Shown here: positions 55,573 through 64,000 of the stretch, piece by piece
Position numbering within the stretch: the stretch's first letter is position 1
How the letters are laid out: every line of letters begins with the position of its first letter
NCBI RefSeq assembly: GCF_009914755.1
Contig: NC_060938.1
DNA: 64,000 bases
Reading direction: 5' to 3' (one strand)
DNA from: the human T2T-CHM13v2.0 reference genome, Homo sapiens
Program-made: the position numbers and the translations under genes
The notes under the pieces: model-generated
What the model was told of the DNA's origin: nothing
What the model saw: the letters and a program-made list of their open reading frames with translations, nothing else
Database searches by the model: none

Positions 55573-57104
55573 ACTGGTATAGTTGCAATAGGACATCGGT
55601 ACCCTTTGGGTGTAATAGATTCCAAATGCCAATTCCTTATCTTGCATGGGGTTTATTGATTCTTTAGAGACTTGGGTGATGTCTCCTCTAGTTAAAGCTG
55701 TCTGACAGCTTTCCTTTCAAAGTCTGCTTCTCTGTTGGGGTCTCCTCACCCCTCCAGGTAGCCCTGATGGGCTGAGCCTCTCTCAAGATGACTGAGTACA
55801 GCTCCTTCCAGAGATTTTTCTGGCATTACTAAAGTGGCCTCAACAAAAAAAACTGACCCTGCTATTTAAATGTTGCCAGAAGGAAAGATCAACTACTCTA
55901 ACCCAAATTCATCATCCTTGGCAGATGTGCTCCATGTTTCATGTGGCTGATATCCAACAATTCCCTGCCACTGGTCAAATCATTTCACTATCTGAGAATA
56001 CTATTTGAAACTAATTCATCTTGAAGTGTTTGACCAGATCTACACTGCTTAAAATTAGAAATGCTACGTGTATTTTATTGAGTTTTTTTTTTCAGTGCCT
56101 ATGGTGGGTGATTGCTAACATCTGCACTGAAAATTTGCCAGGCTGAAATCACGATGGCCTCATGCTATGGCTTAGAACTTTGGTTCTCAATGACGTGTTC
56201 CTCAGTGTGTCAGAGGCCCCAGGACTGTTTCTTATCTCTTTCAATCCCATGTATAATTTGTCCCTCATCTACCTCCCTGCAGTGGCAGGGTTTGCTTAGA
56301 CTCCTTAACTTTCAGATTTTAAACCTACTGTTAGTCCAGTGATTCTTTCCCCTTAATTACTAATTAAAAATATTTGCTGCTCAGATGCTTGCCAGATATT
56401 ACCATTTTCAACTTTCTGTTCTTCAACTGGCTTATCAAAAGCCAGTTTCAAGACACATTTATAGAGGCTGGCTTCAAAAAACAGGCAGACATTCCTTTAG
56501 ATATTTTTAAATTTTACCTTAGGATTATACCAGATCACACGAGTCTCCAATATTTTGTAGAAGTGTAGATCCGTGCTTTGGCTGACATTGAAGGATTTTA
56601 TGAGAGACTCATTGTTGAATTTATGAGGGCTGTGGTTGAGAAACCATCCACTTCTTGACTGTGCTTCCTCTGCATGAGATCTCTTGGGTGCAGGAAAAGA
56701 CATGCTTCTCCTCATGACCCAATTTGTGGTTGTAGCTAGTGGGGAGTGGGAATCTTGAAGCTCAGTGTATATTTCTCTTTACTTTGAATTATCAAAAAAA
56801 TTTCAAAGCCAAATTTGTGACTTACCCCTAGCGACTACCAATATCTTTGGATATGGATTTCTTGTTATTAATTCATTTCTTCTATTTTCTACCCATTTTC
56901 TTCTCAAAAGCTCCTTCTATTTATTTTTACCCTTTAATTTGTACATATTTTTGTTAGTTGCTTTAAATCCTTCATAGAACAAGGCTTGGTTATAAATAAA
57001 ATTAAATAACCATCTCTACTCCAATTTCACCTCTTTCTTGCCTAACCACACGTTTCATTTGACTTTTTAGGGCACTGTTTATCAAGGCTGATTAAATGAT
57101 TAAT

Positions 57105-57340
57105 AATGGTGATGATGATAACAACTATTGGTTGAGAGATTCTATGTGCCATATTATTGATATATATTATCTCATTTAGTCTTTACAGCCACCCATCAAG
57201 GAAGATACTATTTCCCTATTTTACAGAAAAGGAAACCAGTGCTCAAGGGGTTTAAAGTATTTGCTCAAGGGCTACATTAGTAAATGACAGAGCCCGGACC
57301 AGAACACTCCAAAGCCCTTACTTGTTTCTCTGTGCCCAGC
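57105..57340 (-). mobile_element. MIR
   Basis: ccctattttacagaaaaggaaaccagtgctcaagggg core. Confidence 0.75.
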
Positions 57341-57749
57341 TGCCAATTCTGTGGGGTGGTGCTCTTTTACGCTTCCTCAGAGTCACTGACCTGTGGGTTT
57401 GAGCTGATATGACATGTACCCATAAGAATTCAGTGGTTCATTTCTCCAGTAGAGATGAGGACTTGGAAATGAGTGGGACCTTTTAGCCACTTAACAGATT
57501 ATTGTCAGTCTTGCTAAATAAGTGAGCATAGCTCCACCATCATTTGCCTCTCCCTTTTGGAGGTGGAAGATAGAGCTTAGACAAGAGGTAGAGATGGAAG
57601 TAGAAGAATAAATCTACTAATCTAAAAAGAAATATTTTACTGGATTTTCAACACAGGGCTGAAGAAAGAGAAAGGAACTAGGGGTTATGTTTTCATTCGC
57701 TTGAAGACTGGCCAGTGTGGCTAGATTTCAGTTGAGTAACAGGCAGAAA

Positions 57750-60420
<2,671 letters not shown>

Positions 60421-60590
60421 AACCTGCATCAGAAAACTCATTTATTTCTATTCATTTTGCCCCTGCTCCTCCATCCTTACCTCAATTCCTTTGTACATGA
60501 TTCTTTGAAATACTTTAAAATTGTCTTTACTGAACTAAGAAGAAAAAGATTATCTACATACAGGAGAAGTTCAAAGGCCCTGAAAAGACC

Positions 60591-60592
<2 letters not shown>

Positions 60593-60637
<45 letters not shown>

Positions 60638-60654
60638 TGTATGTATGTGTGTGT
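60593..60654. repeat. (TG)n microsatellite, imperfect 3' end
   Basis: About 20 perfect TG units, then degenerate. Confidence 0.97.
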
Positions 60655-61854
60655 TAGGGAAGAAGAGCTGCCCAGATTTTCCATGAGAACAGATGAGGAG
60701 AAGTCATAATTCATCTTGGAATAAGAGCCCAGAAGCAGAGTGCCTGAAGGAAGTAGACCTTTTGCCCAGGGAAAGATACAAACATGTCATTCAACCATAG
60801 GAGACTAACGTCTAGAAAACTCGTGCTCCACAGGTCCTGTGCTTCTTTTCAGGAATGATTTTATGACATGAGAAAAAAATAGAGAACGGTGTTTAAGCCT
60901 TGAAGGAAACCAACAAAAGGCACCATGTGTCACAGCTTCACAGGGACAATGGCTGCTTATTACCAGAAGGAAAGGAAGTTATATCAAAATCTACTTATTT
61001 AAGCAAGACAAGGGCTTGTGGTACCAAAGAAAAACTTCATATCTGCTCTCTAAGTGTGATTCCATCCACTCATGTTACCCTCAAGAGCCTTCTCCTTTGA
61101 AATAAAAAACTTTCTAGTGAGACCAAACCCTTCAGGCTTGGAACAAACTTATATTCAAAGACGGATTAAATACACAGGCCAGTCCTTAGAGAATCCATCT
61201 GTTTTTGCTATTGTCTCAAAACTTGGTAGAGATGAGGCTAGTGACAGCCACTGAAGAGGATCAAAAGGGAAGGGGCCTTGTATAAGCCTTGACTTCACCC
61301 TCTTTCACCCTCCTGCCTCTCTCTTCATGGTAGAGAAGAAACCCATGGAGGAAAGCCACATACATGGGATTTCTTTTTGGAGATTTGCTGGGCAGCACAT
61401 GGGAGTCCAGCTGAGATTCATTTAGGGGGACAAATACTACAAATTACCCTTTCTTGGTGAAGGCAGAACAGCAGAATAAGCATTAATAAATACATATGCC
61501 CTCAAGATTCTTTACCAATGTATGTCTAAATTCCCTAGGTCACCCACAGGGACCAACATGGGCCTTAGGGCTCAGGCCAGGGAAAGAGCACTTGCCTTCA
61601 AATCAGAAGATTTGGTTTCAGTCCTAGAGTGGCTCTCATCTAGTCAAGGGAAGGCGTGTCCTGCCAGAGGTGAGGGGATCTGGGCCCACTCAACTTCACT
61701 GATGTAGGCAGTGGGGTCCATCCCTTCCCTCTGGCATGAGGAAGTATGCATCTTCTCTGTGCACAGCATTTCAGGCCCCTATTCTAGCTGATTCATTTCT
61801 TGCTTCCAAGGAGAGACCATCTTGTTCTTAAAGATCTGGTTAGGGTAGGATAGC

Positions 61855-62270
61855 TGTATTCATCAAAATTCTTGCAGGAAACAGATGGCACACTCAAATT
61901 AGGATAATCTGAGGAGAGTTTAGTAGATGCAAGCAGGGTGTGTGGATACCATGCAAAGGCTAGTACTAGTGGGGTTTCATTATTGCCCCAAGCCTGAAGG
62001 GAAAAATAGGAGGACATGGCTTCTAGAACCTATATGGAGCATGTATATGTATATGTATATACAAAGGAGATCCCATGGTATGGGACCCAGGGAATAAATA
62101 CACCTCCTTCTTCTATCTCCTACTGGTATACCACACTGGCCTAACCCAAAGGGAAATCAGAGGACCATGGAGCCAGTTGATGTGGTCCACATGTGGAGCC
62201 CCCTAAGGCCCAGAGCAGGGTGGGTGAGGGTGGGAGTGGATCCAGAGGACAAATAAAGGAAGACATCTAG
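61855..62270 (-). mobile_element. LTR33-like ERVL LTR
   Basis: caggaaacagatggcacactcaaa...gagcagggtgg...gagtggatccagagg. Confidence 0.7.
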
Positions 62271-63924
62271 TGAGTAGCTATGAACTTCAGGGCCTTTTCC
62301 ATACCTCCAGGCCCTCTTCACTAGGACAAATGCATCTCTCCATGCCTATCTTGGCATCTGTTTTCTGGGAGGAAAAGCTCTTAAGTTCTCGCCCTCTCTG
62401 GAGTGGAGGCAAGGAGCCAATCACTGGGATCTGGCTCTGTCAGAACAGCTGGGCCACCAGGCAGAGCAGACCAGAAAGAGCTAGAAGCTATGCTCTTTCC
62501 CCAAAAGGGGGGAAAAAAAAACCCAGGTCAGTGGAAAAGGCCAGTTGGCAGTGAGCAAAGTTCAACCCTGCTCATTTCTGTCAACATCCTCTGGTAGCCA
62601 GGGGCACTGAAAGTAGGCAGGAGTCAGGAAAATTCCAAGAAGCTTTTACTAAAAATAAAGCAAATAGCCATTTCTTACAAGATGGCCAGCCACTAATTAG
62701 CTGTAGTACTTTTGTATAAAGAGAGGCTCTTTAGCTACAGAATATGAATTTAAAAGCTAAGCTTCATCCAAAGTGGCAATTAAGGGCTTTTCCCAATCAT
62801 AATAAACCTTGGTCTTCCTTTCCTAAGCCAGTTCCACATCTTGTTGCCAGAGCAAACCCATCAGCTCATTCCCGGCTTCCTTCTCCAAACAGAGCAGAGC
62901 CCTGACACTCCGCAGAGCAAATGCTGTCTGACTGCGCTCTCCAGACTCCCTGGGTCTCCAGAGCAGGGATGTGATAGGTGAGAGAAGCAGCAGAGAGTTG
63001 GGGCTCATTACATAAAGGAAGGGGAAGCGCTGAGCTAAGCTCAGTGTGGCCAATTGTTGCCAGGCAAGGATGTAGGCCCCATGTGGCCAGATCTAACCAG
63101 CTTTCAACTCAAGCCCCCAAGTTGGTAGTCTATACAAAATTTCTTGATGATCTTGGAAATCAAACAAAACAATCTACAGGCCGGTTGTGGCCCACGCCTG
63201 CCGGTATGTGACTTCTGGGCAAGAGGGTATGCATCGGAAGAGGACCCGGAAAAACACGGAGGGGGCAGCAGGGTAAAGAGCTACATTTAAAAGAATCCTA
63301 AACTGGGAGGGAATTAGGAGCAGCCAGTAGTAAAGAGGATTTTGAGAGTGGCCGAAATTGGGAGAGGTTTTTAAGATGCTTTGCGATACACTGAGAATGA
63401 ATTCTGCATTTGGATATTACCTCGAGAAACTGAATAAAGATTTATATTCTCTGTTATTCTTTGGTTGGCAGACTCTGATGCTTGGAGTTGAGCCTGTGTC
63501 ACACAGAGCCATGTGGCTGCCAGGCCTCTCTGCGGATGCTCACATTCGCAGGATTATGGTCTGTGTCCTCCCATCATACCTGAGGGCAGGGTGAGGGCAT
63601 GCTTTGCTTCTCACTAGTTGTTGAATGAATGTCTCTGCCTTAGTCCTGCTTCCTTTTTCAAGAGAGACAAATTTGTTTAACTCACTTTCACTTTCCCCTG
63701 GGCCACTCAGCCTAATTCATCACAATGTAAATTAGCAAAGATAGAGCGGACTTCTCTTGAGGCTGCAACCCGAGCTTGCTCCAGCAATGCTGGTGTTCTA
63801 GTGACAGGAAACAGCCAGAAGAAGACACTTACCCTACTTCTTGAACCAGGGTTCTCAGTCAGCTATCCTAGTGGTTCCTCCTAGAGGGTAGGCTGTATCT
63901 CTTGCCTTCACACTACAGAAGTGG

Positions 63925-64000
63925 ATTAGTTATCTATGTTGTGTAAAAGACTACCCTGAATCTTAGTGGTTTAGAAAAAGAAAAGTTACTATCTTAGGTT
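63925..64000 (-). mobile_element. Edge of an MLT1-type LTR (runs off the window)
   Basis: ttagttatctatgttgtgtaa...cttagtggttta. Confidence 0.5.

Overview
Primate (almost certainly human, chr14q13.3) genomic DNA centred on the two-exon NK2 homeobox gene NKX2-8 (minus strand, CDS 19726-19570 + 18801-18239, 239 aa) inside a ~5 kb CpG island. It is the only protein-coding gene I can support. About 24 kb around it (~10.4-34.3 kb) has no recognisable Alu or L1 and holds three perfect Gli consensus sites (12273, 21385, 27872). The 27.9 kb site is paired with SoxB1 motifs and fits the Shh-responsive neural enhancer known for the mouse orthologue Nkx2-9. The flanks are mosaics of nested L1, Alu, L2, MIR, MaLR/ERVL LTRs and DNA transposons (MER85, MADE1, MER119). 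There is an RPL29 processed pseudogene inserted in a MIR and a 3'-truncated 7SK pseudogene inserted in an MLT1 LTR. I found no evidence of a wholly new biological system. The best second-look items are regulatory (extra Gli sites, a palindromic FOX/TATA core promoter, a uORF, a candidate CTCF site) and mutational (an unexpectedly similar inverted MLT1 pair, template-switch hairpins, a twin-primed L1). Repeat subfamily names and coordinates were assigned by eye and are approximate.
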